Positions 20,738-30,886 of a stretch of DNA of 49,191 nucleotides are shown in pieces. The notes beneath the pieces were generated by a model. It saw only the letters and a program-made list of their open reading frames with translations, had not been told where the DNA came from and ran no database searches. The position numbers were made by a program, and so were the translations under genes. How positions within the stretch are numbered: position 1 is the stretch's first letter; each line of letters opens with the position of its first letter. Source of the stretch: Rhodothermales bacterium (GTDB lineage Bacteria; Bacteroidota; Rhodothermia; Rhodothermales; VXPQ01); the NCBI GenBank assembly GCA_040904565.1, contig JBBDTI010000020.1, forward strand, positions 1-49,191, in the 5' to 3' direction.

Positions 20738-21772
20738 ATGCGCATCGGACCCTTCCTTCTCATCGCGCTCCTCTGTTCCGCGAGCCTGCTGCCGAACGAT
20801 ACAGAGGCGCAGGATCTGGGTGAACTCGTCGACGGTGTCGGCCGGTCGTACGCCGAGCTGTATATGCAGCCGCTGGCAGACGGACTCGGAGCCGACCTGA
20901 ACAGCGGCCTCTTTCATACCGCACGCATCGGCGGGGGCTTGCTGCCGCTGGTGGATCTGTACGTCGGAGCCAAGGTGATGGGCGCACTCGTGACGGACGC
21001 GGACAAGACGTTCGACCTCTCGTATCGGACGGAGCAGGTCTTTCGGGCATCGGACGGAAGGCGTTACACGGTCCCCGTCACGTTCGAGATCGCGAACGGC
21101 CCTACCGTCTTCGGACGTCGCGAGCCGGGCACGGCGACCGTGTCGATCAACGAAACGGTCAGCAACGGACCCGACGGCGTGCGAGGTACGTCCGACGACG
21201 TCGTCATCGATACCACCGCCACGTTCGACGTCCTTCCCGGACTCATCGACACGCCCGTCGCCCCGCTGATCGTCCCGCAATTCGGCTTCGGATCGATAGC
21301 CGGAACCGATCTCGTCGTTCGGTACCTCCCGCGCATTGGGCACGACGAATTTGGTTCGATCGGACTGATTGGCGTCGGCGTCCGACACAGTATCAGCCAG
21401 TATCTCCCTCTCCTTCCGGTCAACGTTACCGGACAGTTCATGTGGCAGAAGCTCTCGATAGAAAACCAGGCTGACGACGAGATCTTCAGCGCATCCGCCT
21501 GGGCGGCCAACATTGCGGCGAGCAGGCGGTTGCTCATTCTCACGGTCTACGGAGGCCTCCAGATGGAAGGATCGAGCGTCGACATCGACTATACCTTCGA
21601 GCCCGAGGATCCCGACCTTCCCTCTCAGTCGGTGGCCTTCGACCTGACCGGTGACAACACGTTCCGGGTTCTCGGCGGGATCGCGCTCGGACTCGGCCCC
21701 ATCGTGATCAACGCCGACGCGGCCGTCGGTCAGCGATCCGTTTTCAGCGCAGGCGTGGGACTGTCGCTCTGA
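20738..21772 (+). CDS. DUF6588-like secreted/outer-membrane protein
   Basis: Signal peptide; YMQPLADGLGADLNSGLFHTA, GTDLVVRYLP, GVGVRHSISQY; ends GLSL. Confidence 0.7.
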   Translation: MRIGPFLLIALLCSASLLPNDTEAQDLGELVDGVGRSYAELYMQPLADGLGADLNSGLFHTARIGGGLLPLVDLYVGAKVMGALVTDADKTFDLSYRTEQVFRASDGRRYTVPVTFEIANGPTVFGRREPGTATVSINETVSNGPDGVRGTSDDVVIDTTATFDVLPGLIDTPVAPLIVPQFGFGSIAGTDLVVRYLPRIGHDEFGSIGLIGVGVRHSISQYLPLLPVNVTGQFMWQKLSIENQADDEIFSASAWAANIAASRRLLILTVYGGLQMEGSSVDIDYTFEPEDPDLPSQSVAFDLTGDNTFRVLGGIALGLGPIVINADAAVGQRSVFSAGVGLSL

Positions 21773-21840
21773 ATCCGGCGCAGCCGGTACGTGTTAGATC
21801 CGGCGCACGCACTACCGTTTAGATCCGACGAACGCGCTGC

Positions 21841-23448
21841 ATGACGTCTCGAACAGGGCCCACCTCCATGCCGGTAAACGCGAACGATCTTATCGACGTG
21901 CTGCGCTCGCCCGAGGCGTATCCACACGACCCGGAGAGCGTTCAGGTCAAGCAGACCCACGCCTCCTGGGTCTTTCTGGTGGATGCGTACGTGTATAAGA
22001 TCAAGAAACCCGTCTCGCTCGGGTTTCTCGACTTTTCCACGCTGGAGAAACGAAAGCATTTCTGCGAGCAGGAAGTGCGCCTGAATCGACGGCTCTGTCC
22101 GGATCTGTACCTCGGCGTCGTGCCGATTTCCCGAAGTAAGGACGGCTATGTCCTCGAAGACGATCGTGACATCGTGGAATATGCCGTCAAGATGCGGCGC
22201 CTCGACGGGGGAGCGTTCGCCGTCGATCTTGTGGACGAGGAGAGACTCGAGACGAGTGACCTCGACCGCGTCGTGGACGTCCTCGCCGCGTTTTACGACG
22301 AGGAAACGCCTACACCTGAAATGGCGGCGTGGGGTCGCCCCGATCGCCTCGCTCTCAGCACGGATGAAAACTTCGAGCAGACGCTCGACTTCACCGGCAT
22401 GCTCCTCTCTCCACCCGCTTTCCACACGATACAAACCTACACGGACGGCTTTCTGGATGCCCACGTGCGCCACTTCAACGAGCGCCGTGCCGGCGGGCAT
22501 ATACTGGACTGCCACGGCGACCTGCACCTCGAGCACGTCTACCTGAAGCCGGACGGCGTCTGCATCTACGACTGCATCGAATTTAACGAGCGCTTCCGCA
22601 CGATCGACGTCGCCAGCGACGTCGCGTTTCTCGCCATGGATCTCGACGTTCACGGCCGACCCGACCTCTCCATGTACTTCGGCGAGCGCATGGCGGACCG
22701 GCTGTCGGATCCCGATCTGCTGCGCTTGCTCGACTTCTACAAATGCTATCGTGCCGTCGTGCGCGCGAAGGTGGAAGGGATGCGCAGTCTCGATGAGAAC
22801 GTGGACGAGGTGGAGCAAACTCACAGCGCGGAACGCGCGCGCTCCTATTTTCGCCTCGCGCTCCGATATGCGACAGGCGGCTCCCAACCCCTCGTGCTGG
22901 TCGTCATGGGAGGCGTCGGCACCGGAAAGAGCACGCTGGCCGGACAGCTTGGAGAGGCCCTCGGCTGCGACGTCGTATCGTCGGACCGCGTGCGTAAAGA
23001 CCTGGCCGGCGTCGATCCCTATTACAGGGGAAGCGCGGACGAGCGCGCCGCGCTGTATTCCGACGAGCGCACGGAGGAGACCTATCGAACGCTCTCACAG
23101 CGAGCGACGGACGCCGTGCACGTCGGACGCGGCATTATTCTAGATGCCACGTACTCCCATCGGACCTACCGCGACGACCTGCGCGCGGCATTGCAAAAAG
23201 CGGGAGCGTCATATCAGTTCATTGAAGTCACGGCTTCCGGGGAGACCGTCAAGGAGCGATTGGCAGAACGGGCGGCCGCCGCTACGTCTGTTTCGGACGC
23301 CCGTCTGGAGGACTTCGAAACGCTCCGCCGCCGTTACGAGGCACCTGACGAGCTTGAAGATGCCTGCCACGTGCGCGTGCCATCCGACGATCCGGGAGCC
23401 TCCCCCCTGGAAAGCGCCCTCTCCTACCTGCGCCGATTCGATTTCTAA
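21841..23448 (+). CDS. Bifunctional aminoglycoside-phosphotransferase-like / AAA_33 P-loop kinase (COG2187+COG0645)
   Basis: THASWVFL, YKIKKPV, DCHGDLHLEH, DCIEFNERFR, Walker A GGVGTGKS. Confidence 0.88.
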   Translation: MTSRTGPTSMPVNANDLIDVLRSPEAYPHDPESVQVKQTHASWVFLVDAYVYKIKKPVSLGFLDFSTLEKRKHFCEQEVRLNRRLCPDLYLGVVPISRSKDGYVLEDDRDIVEYAVKMRRLDGGAFAVDLVDEERLETSDLDRVVDVLAAFYDEETPTPEMAAWGRPDRLALSTDENFEQTLDFTGMLLSPPAFHTIQTYTDGFLDAHVRHFNERRAGGHILDCHGDLHLEHVYLKPDGVCIYDCIEFNERFRTIDVASDVAFLAMDLDVHGRPDLSMYFGERMADRLSDPDLLRLLDFYKCYRAVVRAKVEGMRSLDENVDEVEQTHSAERARSYFRLALRYATGGSQPLVLVVMGGVGTGKSTLAGQLGEALGCDVVSSDRVRKDLAGVDPYYRGSADERAALYSDERTEETYRTLSQRATDAVHVGRGIILDATYSHRTYRDDLRAALQKAGASYQFIEVTASGETVKERLAERAAAATSVSDARLEDFETLRRRYEAPDELEDACHVRVPSDDPGASPLESALSYLRRFDF

Positions 23449-26135
23449 TGGAGATACCACACATGGTTACCTTGTGCGGATCACGTCATCCGGAGGATGC
23501 TCCGGTCGCCGCGATCGAAATCTCGGTATTCCTCCTGCTGCTCGTCCTGCTCGGCTGCGGCACGGAGCTGGCGTCGGGGCCCGACGCGCTGGACGACCGA
23601 ATTGAGGTCACCCTCGTGGCGTCCGACCCTCAAATCGTCACACCGATCGGACTCGCCGTCGACGACCGGGACCGTCTCTTTGTGCTTGAATCGCACACCC
23701 ACCTCGAACCGTCCGACTACGACGGTCCGGATGGAGATCTCGTCAAGATATTCTCGGTAGACGGCGACAGTCTCCGTCACGAAGGAATCTTTGCCGACGG
23801 CATCGACGACGGAATGAACATCGCCTTTGCGCCGAACGGGGCGCTGTACGTGGTCGCCGCGCAAGCCGTCTGGGCATTCCGCGACAGGGACGGGGACGGC
23901 GTCAGCGACGAGCGCGAGCGCGTGCTGAACATGGATCCGCCCGACTACGTCTACGATCACGCCGGCCTCATGGGCATTGCCTTTTCGGATGACGGGTGGA
24001 TGTACGTGTCCCGTGGTAACGTGGGGGGCGCCGCATGGCATCTTACGGGAACCGATGGAAGCTGGGTGGAGGGCTTCGGCGACGGCGGCAACATCGTGCG
24101 GGCGCGATTGGACGGCAGTGACGTCCAGGAAGTGGCCACGGGGTTCTGGAACCCGTTCCATCTTTTCGTCGACAGCGCGGGGCGGCTCATTGCCACGGAC
24201 AACGATCCGGATAGCCGCGGCCCGAACCGTCTCCTTCACATTATTGAGGGAGGTGACTACGGGTATGAGTCGCTTTACGGCGGCAGCGGCATCCATCCCT
24301 ATCTCGCATGGAACGGCGAACTGCCGGGGACACTTCCTTACGCAGCCGGCCTCGGCGAGGCACCCACCGCGTGCCTCGAACTGGAATCTGAGTCGTTTCC
24401 TTCGGACTACAACCAGAGCCTGCTCTGTGCCATCTGGGAGGAAAGCACGATCGTACACGTCCGCCTATCACCGCGTGGGTCGTCGATTCAAGGTGAGATC
24501 GTCCCGGTAATCCGCGGAGATGCGACGTTCCGCCCCGTCGTCATGGCAGCTACGAGCGACGGGGACGTGTATGTGACCGACTGGGTGGTTCGCGACTATC
24601 CGAATCACGGACGAGGCCGTATCTGGCGCCTGTCGGCATCGGAAGCAAGCGCAAGTCCCGGCCGTGGCTCCGACGCGCCGACATCCTCCGAAGCGACGAC
24701 CACACTGTCGACGTCATCGGAACTCGATGCCATCTACTCCCTGACAGGTTTGGCGGCGTTTCCTCAACTGAGAGCGGCGCTGACCTCCGACGATCCCTTC
24801 GTTCGCACGGCTGCCGTCACTGTACTGACGCGCCCGATATATCGAGACCGCGTGGTAGAGGCGACGCACGATGGCGATGCGGACGTTCGACTGGGTGCGC
24901 TCCTTGCGCTTCAGCGCGCCAAGCACACGCCGGCGGAGCCTGTCGCGCGGCGCCTTCTTCGAGACCCCGACGTCCGAATTCGGCGCATGGCGCTGATCTG
25001 GATCGGCAAGGCAGGGATGGTCGATCTCAGGTCCGACGTAGAGTCCGTCGTTAATGAGGACATGCTTCCTTCGGCACTTTTCGACACGTACCTGGCCACC
25101 ATCCGCCACCTTCAGCCTGCGTTTGTTGAGGCGTATCATGGGCGGACCAACGACCGCGCGGGACAGATCGAGCGGCGTCTGCCCGACGGCTTCGTTGCCC
25201 GATTCGCTGCCGATGAAAGGCGGCCGTCGGACCTCCGGGCCGCGTCGCTGGCCTACCTCACGGAGAACGGGACACGACTGGACGACCACTTCGATCTGCT
25301 CGTACGAGTGGCCGGCTCCGACAGCGACGACGTGCGCAGGCAAGCCGTCCTCACGCTCGCGCGAACGACCCGTCCGGAGCGCGCCGACGTGCTGCTTGAG
25401 ATCGCCGAAGACCCTGACACGCCGCCCGAACTTCGCGCCGAGGCATTGCTTGGGTTATCCGGTACGGCGATAGACGCCGAACGCATCACCGCCTTGCTCG
25501 ACGATCCGAGCGAGGGCGTACGCGTCGAGTCCGCCCGACTCCTGCGCACCCTGGAGATCGACGAAACGGTCCGGGACGAACTGGAAACGCGTTTCGCATC
25601 GCTGCGGGATGCCGGCACGGAGGAGGCACCGCGCGTGAGGCAGCAGCTGGCCATGGTGCTCGACAGGCCGTCGGGCGACCGGCCCGATACGCCGGAGGAG
25701 TGGCTCGAGGCAGCGCGGCGCGGCGGGGATCCTGACATCGGACGGCGCGTGTTTTTCTGGCCGCAGGCGCAATGTACCCAGTGTCATACCGTAGACCATC
25801 TTGGCGGCGACGTCGGTCCCGACCTGTCCAATGTCGGAGCATCTAAATCGCTCGAGCAGCTCGTGGCTTCCATCGTCGCGCCATCCAGCGAGATTGCGCC
25901 GGACTGGCAGACGTGGTTCGTCGTAGATTCTACCGGGACGAGGCACCTGGGCCGCCAGATCAACGTCGGGGGGAACAGCGTCGAACTTTATACGATCGAC
26001 GGACGATTTACCGACTTCGAGACGCCGCTGGACTGGGGCATTTCCGATCGGTCGCTCATGCCCGAGGAGCTGCATGGCCATCTTACTACGAGAGACTTTC
26101 GCGACCTTATCGCTTACCTGCAGTCGAATAGGTGA
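23448..26135 (+). CDS. PVC-type heme-binding CxxCH protein (dehydrogenase-like propeller, HEAT repeats, cytochrome c)
   Basis: Lipobox LLGC; GFWNPF, DNDPD, GRGRIWR propeller; HEAT-like repeats; CTQCH...GPDLS...SLMP. Start overlaps the upstream stop (TAATG). Confidence 0.88.
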   Translation: MEIPHMVTLCGSRHPEDAPVAAIEISVFLLLLVLLGCGTELASGPDALDDRIEVTLVASDPQIVTPIGLAVDDRDRLFVLESHTHLEPSDYDGPDGDLVKIFSVDGDSLRHEGIFADGIDDGMNIAFAPNGALYVVAAQAVWAFRDRDGDGVSDERERVLNMDPPDYVYDHAGLMGIAFSDDGWMYVSRGNVGGAAWHLTGTDGSWVEGFGDGGNIVRARLDGSDVQEVATGFWNPFHLFVDSAGRLIATDNDPDSRGPNRLLHIIEGGDYGYESLYGGSGIHPYLAWNGELPGTLPYAAGLGEAPTACLELESESFPSDYNQSLLCAIWEESTIVHVRLSPRGSSIQGEIVPVIRGDATFRPVVMAATSDGDVYVTDWVVRDYPNHGRGRIWRLSASEASASPGRGSDAPTSSEATTTLSTSSELDAIYSLTGLAAFPQLRAALTSDDPFVRTAAVTVLTRPIYRDRVVEATHDGDADVRLGALLALQRAKHTPAEPVARRLLRDPDVRIRRMALIWIGKAGMVDLRSDVESVVNEDMLPSALFDTYLATIRHLQPAFVEAYHGRTNDRAGQIERRLPDGFVARFAADERRPSDLRAASLAYLTENGTRLDDHFDLLVRVAGSDSDDVRRQAVLTLARTTRPERADVLLEIAEDPDTPPELRAEALLGLSGTAIDAERITALLDDPSEGVRVESARLLRTLEIDETVRDELETRFASLRDAGTEEAPRVRQQLAMVLDRPSGDRPDTPEEWLEAARRGGDPDIGRRVFFWPQAQCTQCHTVDHLGGDVGPDLSNVGASKSLEQLVASIVAPSSEIAPDWQTWFVVDSTGTRHLGRQINVGGNSVELYTIDGRFTDFETPLDWGISDRSLMPEELHGHLTTRDFRDLIAYLQSNR

Positions 26136-26141
26136 ACCGAC

Positions 26142-27050
26142 ATGCCGAACCAACCCACTCGTCGGGCCTTTCTCAAGTCCGCCGGCGCCGGTCTGGCCGG
26201 CCTCAGCGCGACCTCACTACCACGACACGCTACCGGGGAAGCAGTCCGCACGGTCGACGACGTGGACGAACGCGACGGGATCGAGCTTGCCATCGCGACG
26301 ATCTGTACGGACGGGTTCGGAGATGAAAATTTCGAACCCGCTTTTCGACTCATCCCTCAAATCGGCATCAAAAATGTCGAGTTCAACGTCTGGTATCCGC
26401 GCACCGTCACGATGGAAGGCATTCTGAGTATCCAGGAGCGCTGCTATGACAGTGGCCTGCGTCCGATTAGCCTCCAGGGCTCCAGCTTCGGCGGAAACGT
26501 CCTCAAGGACGTTACACACAAGCTCTGGCTCATGGAACAGGCGAAACTACTTGGATGTCGACGGGTCAAATTTACGGGAGCCGGACGTGGTACCGCAGGC
26601 GGCCTGGACACGGTAATCGACGTATTGCAGCACATCGCTCCTGCGGCAGAAGATCTGGACGTCCTGATCTGCGTCGAAAATCACCGGAACAACAACATCG
26701 AAAACATGGAGGACTACGACCGCATTTTCGACGCCGTCGACTCCTCTCACGTAGGGATGTGCCTGGATACCGGCCACTTCGCCGGCGCCGGCATCCGCAA
26801 TCTCGACATCGTCGAACGATTCCATGAGAAGATCAATCACGTGGACCTGAAGGACACGATTGCATTCGGCACGTACGAGACGGTCCCTTTCGGCACGGGA
26901 TCCATCGACCTTGACGCGGTTGCTTCACGGCTGGTCGAACGTGGATACAGCGGCTATTTCGTCATCGAACAGGCCCCTCCGCTCGATGCCGAAACGCTCG
27001 TAGCGGATCTTTCACGCGCCCGCGAACTCTTCGAACGATTCGAGCGGTAG
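26142..27050 (+). CDS. Tat-exported sugar phosphate isomerase/epimerase (AP endonuclease 2 TIM barrel)
   Basis: TRRAFLK Tat motif; ENH, LDTGH, HVDLKD, IE metal ligands. Confidence 0.88.
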   Translation: MPNQPTRRAFLKSAGAGLAGLSATSLPRHATGEAVRTVDDVDERDGIELAIATICTDGFGDENFEPAFRLIPQIGIKNVEFNVWYPRTVTMEGILSIQERCYDSGLRPISLQGSSFGGNVLKDVTHKLWLMEQAKLLGCRRVKFTGAGRGTAGGLDTVIDVLQHIAPAAEDLDVLICVENHRNNNIENMEDYDRIFDAVDSSHVGMCLDTGHFAGAGIRNLDIVERFHEKINHVDLKDTIAFGTYETVPFGTGSIDLDAVASRLVERGYSGYFVIEQAPPLDAETLVADLSRARELFERFER

Positions 27051-27102
27051 TCCGTCCCTGGCGGCGTGTACTCGAAGCCGGAGAACCAGGGGAACTTACT
27101 GG

Positions 27103-27140
27103 CGTATACAACATGTCATAACATGAGATAACATCTACAT
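27103..27140. promoter_or_regulatory. Candidate operator with 10-bp-periodic ACAT repeats upstream of the persulfide dioxygenase
   Basis: CGTATACA ACATGTCATA ACATGAGATA ACATCTACAT; includes near-palindrome ATGTCATAACAT. Confidence 0.45.
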
Positions 27141-27203
27141 CACGGCATGAAAAGCGACGTTTCGCTGTTCCGCAGTACCTTCCGACACTAGCACGACACT
27201 GCC

Positions 27204-28673
27204 ATGCTATTTCGACAGATATTTGACCCGAAACTGGCTCAGTACGCCTACCTGATCGGCTGTCAGCAGACCAAGGAGGCGCTCATTATTGACCCGGAGC
27301 GCGACATCGACCGCTACGTCGACCTGGCCGAAGCGGAAGGCTTAAACATCGTTGGCGTTGCGGAAACGCACATTCATGCCGACTTCCTTTCCGGCGCCCG
27401 CGAATTTGCCGAGCGTTTCGACATCACCCTTTACCTGTCGGACGAAGGTGATGAAGACTGGAAATATGAGTGGGTACGAGGTACGCGTGGAGACGGCAGA
27501 CCCTACGACGTCACGCTCCTTAAAGACGGCCACTCCTTCACGATCGGCAACATCGAGATTCAGGCCGTCCATACTCCGGGGCATACCCCCGAGCACCTAA
27601 GTTATCTCGTGACGGACCGGGGCGGTGGCGCGACGTCTCCGATCGGCATCGCTACGGGAGACTTCGTCTTCGTGGGAGATCTCGGCCGCCCGGACTTGCT
27701 CGAACAGGCGGCCGGCATGCACGGCCTGCAGGAACCGTCCGCCCGTATGCTGTACGGCTCCCTACCCGAATTCACGAAGCTGCAGGAGCATCTTCAGGTG
27801 TGGCCGGGACACGGTGCCGGCTCGACGTGCGGCAAGGCCCTCGGAGCCGTACCGACGACGACGGTCGGCTATGAGAAGCGTTATAATGCGGCGCTCGCCG
27901 TCGCCGAAGAAGGCGAAACCGCCTTCGTGGATGCCATCCTCGCCGGTCAGCCCGAGCCGCAGATGTACTTCGCCCGTATGAAGCGGGACAATAAGAGCGG
28001 CCCTCCCTTGCTGGACGGACTCCCGCAGCCCCGGAAACTGACCTCCTCGGAGCTGTCCAAAATGACGCAGCGGGACGACGTGCTTATTGTCGACGCCCGG
28101 ATAGACCGCAACGCCTTCATGGATCGCCATATTCCCGGTTCGCTGCATGCACCGATGAACAAGACGTTCAACACGGTCGTCGGCTCACTGGTGGTGGACG
28201 AAACGACGCCGCTCGTTCTCGTCCTCAATCAGGAACGTGCGGAGGAGGCCGTTCGCGACCTGGTCCGCATCGGCTATGACAACGTCGTTGCCTTCGTCGA
28301 CGTCGCTACCCTGCAGCGCTATTTCGCGGACGGCGGCCCGAGCGAACATACCGACGTCATCGACTTTGCCGACGTCGAAGTGCTTCGCAAGCAGACCGAT
28401 ACGGTATCCCTCGACGTCCGCTTTGCGTCCGAATACGATGAAGGGCACGTCCCGGATGCCGTCAACGCCTCCTACACGCGGCTGCCGGACTACGTCGCAG
28501 ACCGGGTTCCGCGCGATAAGACGCTGCTGGTATATTGCGGAAGTGGAGCCCGCTCCGCAGCGGCGAGCGCCTACCTTGCACGGGCAGGATACGACGTCAA
28601 GTTCGTCGACGGCGATTTCGCCCGGTACGGCGAGATAGGACAGCTCGAGCGGGAAGAGCACGTGCCGGCCTGA
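27204..28673 (+). CDS. MBL-fold persulfide dioxygenase with tandem rhodanese domains (CstB/Blh-like)
   Basis: ETHIHADFLSG, TPGHTPEH, GDFVFVGDLGRPDLLE, PGHGAGSTCGK; rhodanese YCGSGARS. Confidence 0.9.
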   Translation: MLFRQIFDPKLAQYAYLIGCQQTKEALIIDPERDIDRYVDLAEAEGLNIVGVAETHIHADFLSGAREFAERFDITLYLSDEGDEDWKYEWVRGTRGDGRPYDVTLLKDGHSFTIGNIEIQAVHTPGHTPEHLSYLVTDRGGGATSPIGIATGDFVFVGDLGRPDLLEQAAGMHGLQEPSARMLYGSLPEFTKLQEHLQVWPGHGAGSTCGKALGAVPTTTVGYEKRYNAALAVAEEGETAFVDAILAGQPEPQMYFARMKRDNKSGPPLLDGLPQPRKLTSSELSKMTQRDDVLIVDARIDRNAFMDRHIPGSLHAPMNKTFNTVVGSLVVDETTPLVLVLNQERAEEAVRDLVRIGYDNVVAFVDVATLQRYFADGGPSEHTDVIDFADVEVLRKQTDTVSLDVRFASEYDEGHVPDAVNASYTRLPDYVADRVPRDKTLLVYCGSGARSAAASAYLARAGYDVKFVDGDFARYGEIGQLEREEHVPA

Positions 28674-28722
28674 TCGGGCGTCCCGCCGCTCCGGCCTCGA
28701 ATGCGCCATCCCGCGCGATACG

Positions 28723-29280
28723 TCACGTAAGATCACGCGGACGGTTCACGTTCCGGAGGACCTCCGACGGAAGACGCACCTCACGGACCGCGAGCCGATC
28801 CAGCAGGCCATGCAGCGACAATTCGGACGCTGCGACCTGTTCGTCGATCCTGCGAAGGACAGACCGATGGAAGCACGCGCAGAGGGGATGCCTGCGGCCG
28901 TCGTCGTCCGTCGCGACAACCGCATGCAGCCCTGGATCGCATGCCTTTATGAGACCCCCGAGTGCGTCGGTGGTTACGTACGGCATGTCGCAGGCTACGA
29001 CGAGCAGCCACGGCGTGTGGGTTTCTGAGAGTCCGGAGCGGATCCCTCCGAGCGGACCCAGCCCAGGTACGGCATCGGTTACGACCCGTCCGGTCAGCCC
29101 CTCGGGCGCCTGCCCTTTCTCTGCCACACTGATCATCACATCCAGTACGAGGGGCCGGACGGCTGAGACGACCCTGTCTATCATCCGGCGGCCCTCGACG
29201 ACGTAGGTAGACTTATCCCTTCCGAAGCGGCGGCTTTGTCCGCCCGCGAGAACGAGCCCCGTATGTGTACCTCCACGCAT
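28723..29280 (-). CDS. mobA: Molybdenum cofactor guanylyltransferase
   Basis: LAGGQSRRFGRDK, GPLGGI, VACDMP, HPL, NVNRPRD. Start ATG 29280. Confidence 0.92.
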   Translation of the reverse strand: MRGGTHTGLVLAGGQSRRFGRDKSTYVVEGRRMIDRVVSAVRPLVLDVMISVAEKGQAPEGLTGRVVTDAVPGLGPLGGIRSGLSETHTPWLLVVACDMPYVTTDALGGLIKACDPGLHAVVATDDDGRRHPLCACFHRSVLRRIDEQVAASELSLHGLLDRLAVREVRLPSEVLRNVNRPRDLT

Positions 29281-29530
29281 CACGACGTCTTCCAAGAATA
29301 GCGGCTTTCGAATTCCCGAACCGATCCGCCGGTAAAAACGGCGGTTCCTCGTATTCATCTACACGAAATCTTGACGAAGGTTGTAAAACCCGATATGTTG
29401 CCGGAGAAAGGGCACGATCGATTCCGTCTGCAGGTGGACGGTGCGTGGTCGTCGGCGTCCTACGAAGCGCATCGTTTTCGAGCCACGCCACCTGGGCGCG
29501 ACTCGACTCGTCCGCACGGAGAGGAATTGC

Positions 29531-30886
29531 ATGTCGAAGTTGTCGTTTCGCGGAACGGACTCCTCGCTCGAGGCCACGGGCCACCGGCCTGGGGATATCG
29601 GGAATGCAGCACCCGTCATGCGGCGCCCACGTCCACGCACGGTGATCGTCGGAGGCGGGATCAGCGGTCTCGCGGCCGGCTGTTTTCTGGACCGCACCGG
29701 CACGGAGATTCTCGTGCTCGAGGCATCCTCCCGAACAGGAGGCGTGATCGAGAGCCGTACCATCGACGGTCATCTGGTGGAACTAGGCCCGCAGCGAACG
29801 CGCCTGTCGAAACCGCTGCAACAGCTCGTCGAATGGCTCGGCATCAGCGATCGGCTCGTTACGGCCCCCGAGCTCCCGCTATATATCTATTCGCGGGGCC
29901 GGCTGCGGCAGGCGCCGCTGGACCTGCGCACGGCGCTCTCGACGGATCTCATCTCCTGGGCCGACCGGCTTCGCGTACTGATGGAACCGTTCACGGCCGG
30001 ACTCGACCCCGACGAGTCGGCGGCCGATTATTTCATCCGTAAGTTCGGGCGCGGAACGTACCGACGTGCCATCGCCCCCCTCTTCGGCGACCTGTACGGA
30101 TCGGACCCGGCCGAGATGCCCGCGCGACATGCCCTGGCGACCATGCTGCGGGCCCTCCGCATCGATGGCAGCCTCCTTCGGGTGCTGATCCAGGGGCTTC
30201 GCAGCGAGCGTCGACCGCCGGCCTGTTCGTTTTCGGGCGGACTCCAGACCCTGACCGATGCGATGGCCGCGCGCCTCGGCGAGCGCGTCCGCGCGCACGC
30301 CGCCGTACGGGCCATTTTTCGCGATGGACCGTATTTCCGGGTCGTCACCGACGAAGATGAGGTCCTGGCCGATCGGGTCGTGCTCTCCTGCCCGGCCGCA
30401 CCCGCCGCGCGGGCCACGGTCTCGCTCGACGCCGATCTATCCAACCGCCTGGCCGACCTCCGCTACAACACGTTCGCCGTCGTTCATCTCGAGAGCAACG
30501 CCACGTTTAAAGGAACGGGATACCAGTTCGCTCTAGAGACCGGTTACGCCACGCGGGGCGTTACGGCCAACGGCGCCCTGTTCGACCGCCCCGGCCTGTT
30601 CACGGCCTTCCTCGGCGGCGCGACGCACCAAGGGGTGACGCAGCTGTCGGAGGAGCATCTCGGAGCCATCGCCGCATCAGAGTTTCGCGCCGTGACGGGG
30701 TTCGACGCACGGCCGCTCGCCGTTCATCAGACGTACATGCCGGCCTGGGACGGTTCGTGGAACCGGTTGGATGATCTTCGTCTGCCCGACGGCGTCCACC
30801 TTTGCGCGAACTGGATCGGACGACCGGGAATCACCGGCCGCATCAACGAAGCCGCCGCGCTGACCCGGGAGCTCACGATGAGCTGA
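29531..30886 (+). CDS. hemY: HemY-type protoporphyrinogen/coproporphyrinogen oxidase (FAD)
   Basis: IVGGGISGLAA FAD motif, ELGP, GDLYGSDP, FSGGLQTL. RBS-like GGAGAGG before ATG 29531 (alternative 29618). Confidence 0.85.
   Translation: MSKLSFRGTDSSLEATGHRPGDIGNAAPVMRRPRPRTVIVGGGISGLAAGCFLDRTGTEILVLEASSRTGGVIESRTIDGHLVELGPQRTRLSKPLQQLVEWLGISDRLVTAPELPLYIYSRGRLRQAPLDLRTALSTDLISWADRLRVLMEPFTAGLDPDESAADYFIRKFGRGTYRRAIAPLFGDLYGSDPAEMPARHALATMLRALRIDGSLLRVLIQGLRSERRPPACSFSGGLQTLTDAMAARLGERVRAHAAVRAIFRDGPYFRVVTDEDEVLADRVVLSCPAAPAARATVSLDADLSNRLADLRYNTFAVVHLESNATFKGTGYQFALETGYATRGVTANGALFDRPGLFTAFLGGATHQGVTQLSEEHLGAIAASEFRAVTGFDARPLAVHQTYMPAWDGSWNRLDDLRLPDGVHLCANWIGRPGITGRINEAAALTRELTMS

Noticed and set aside
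19722-21388. Long ORFs 19722-20639 (+) and 20588-21388 (-)
   Set aside because: Antisense shadows of the DUF5916-like and DUF6588-like genes.
21841-23448. Aminoglycoside resistance gene
   Set aside because: The APH-like fold belongs to the widespread COG2187+AAA_33 family; nothing in the sequence supports antibiotic modification.
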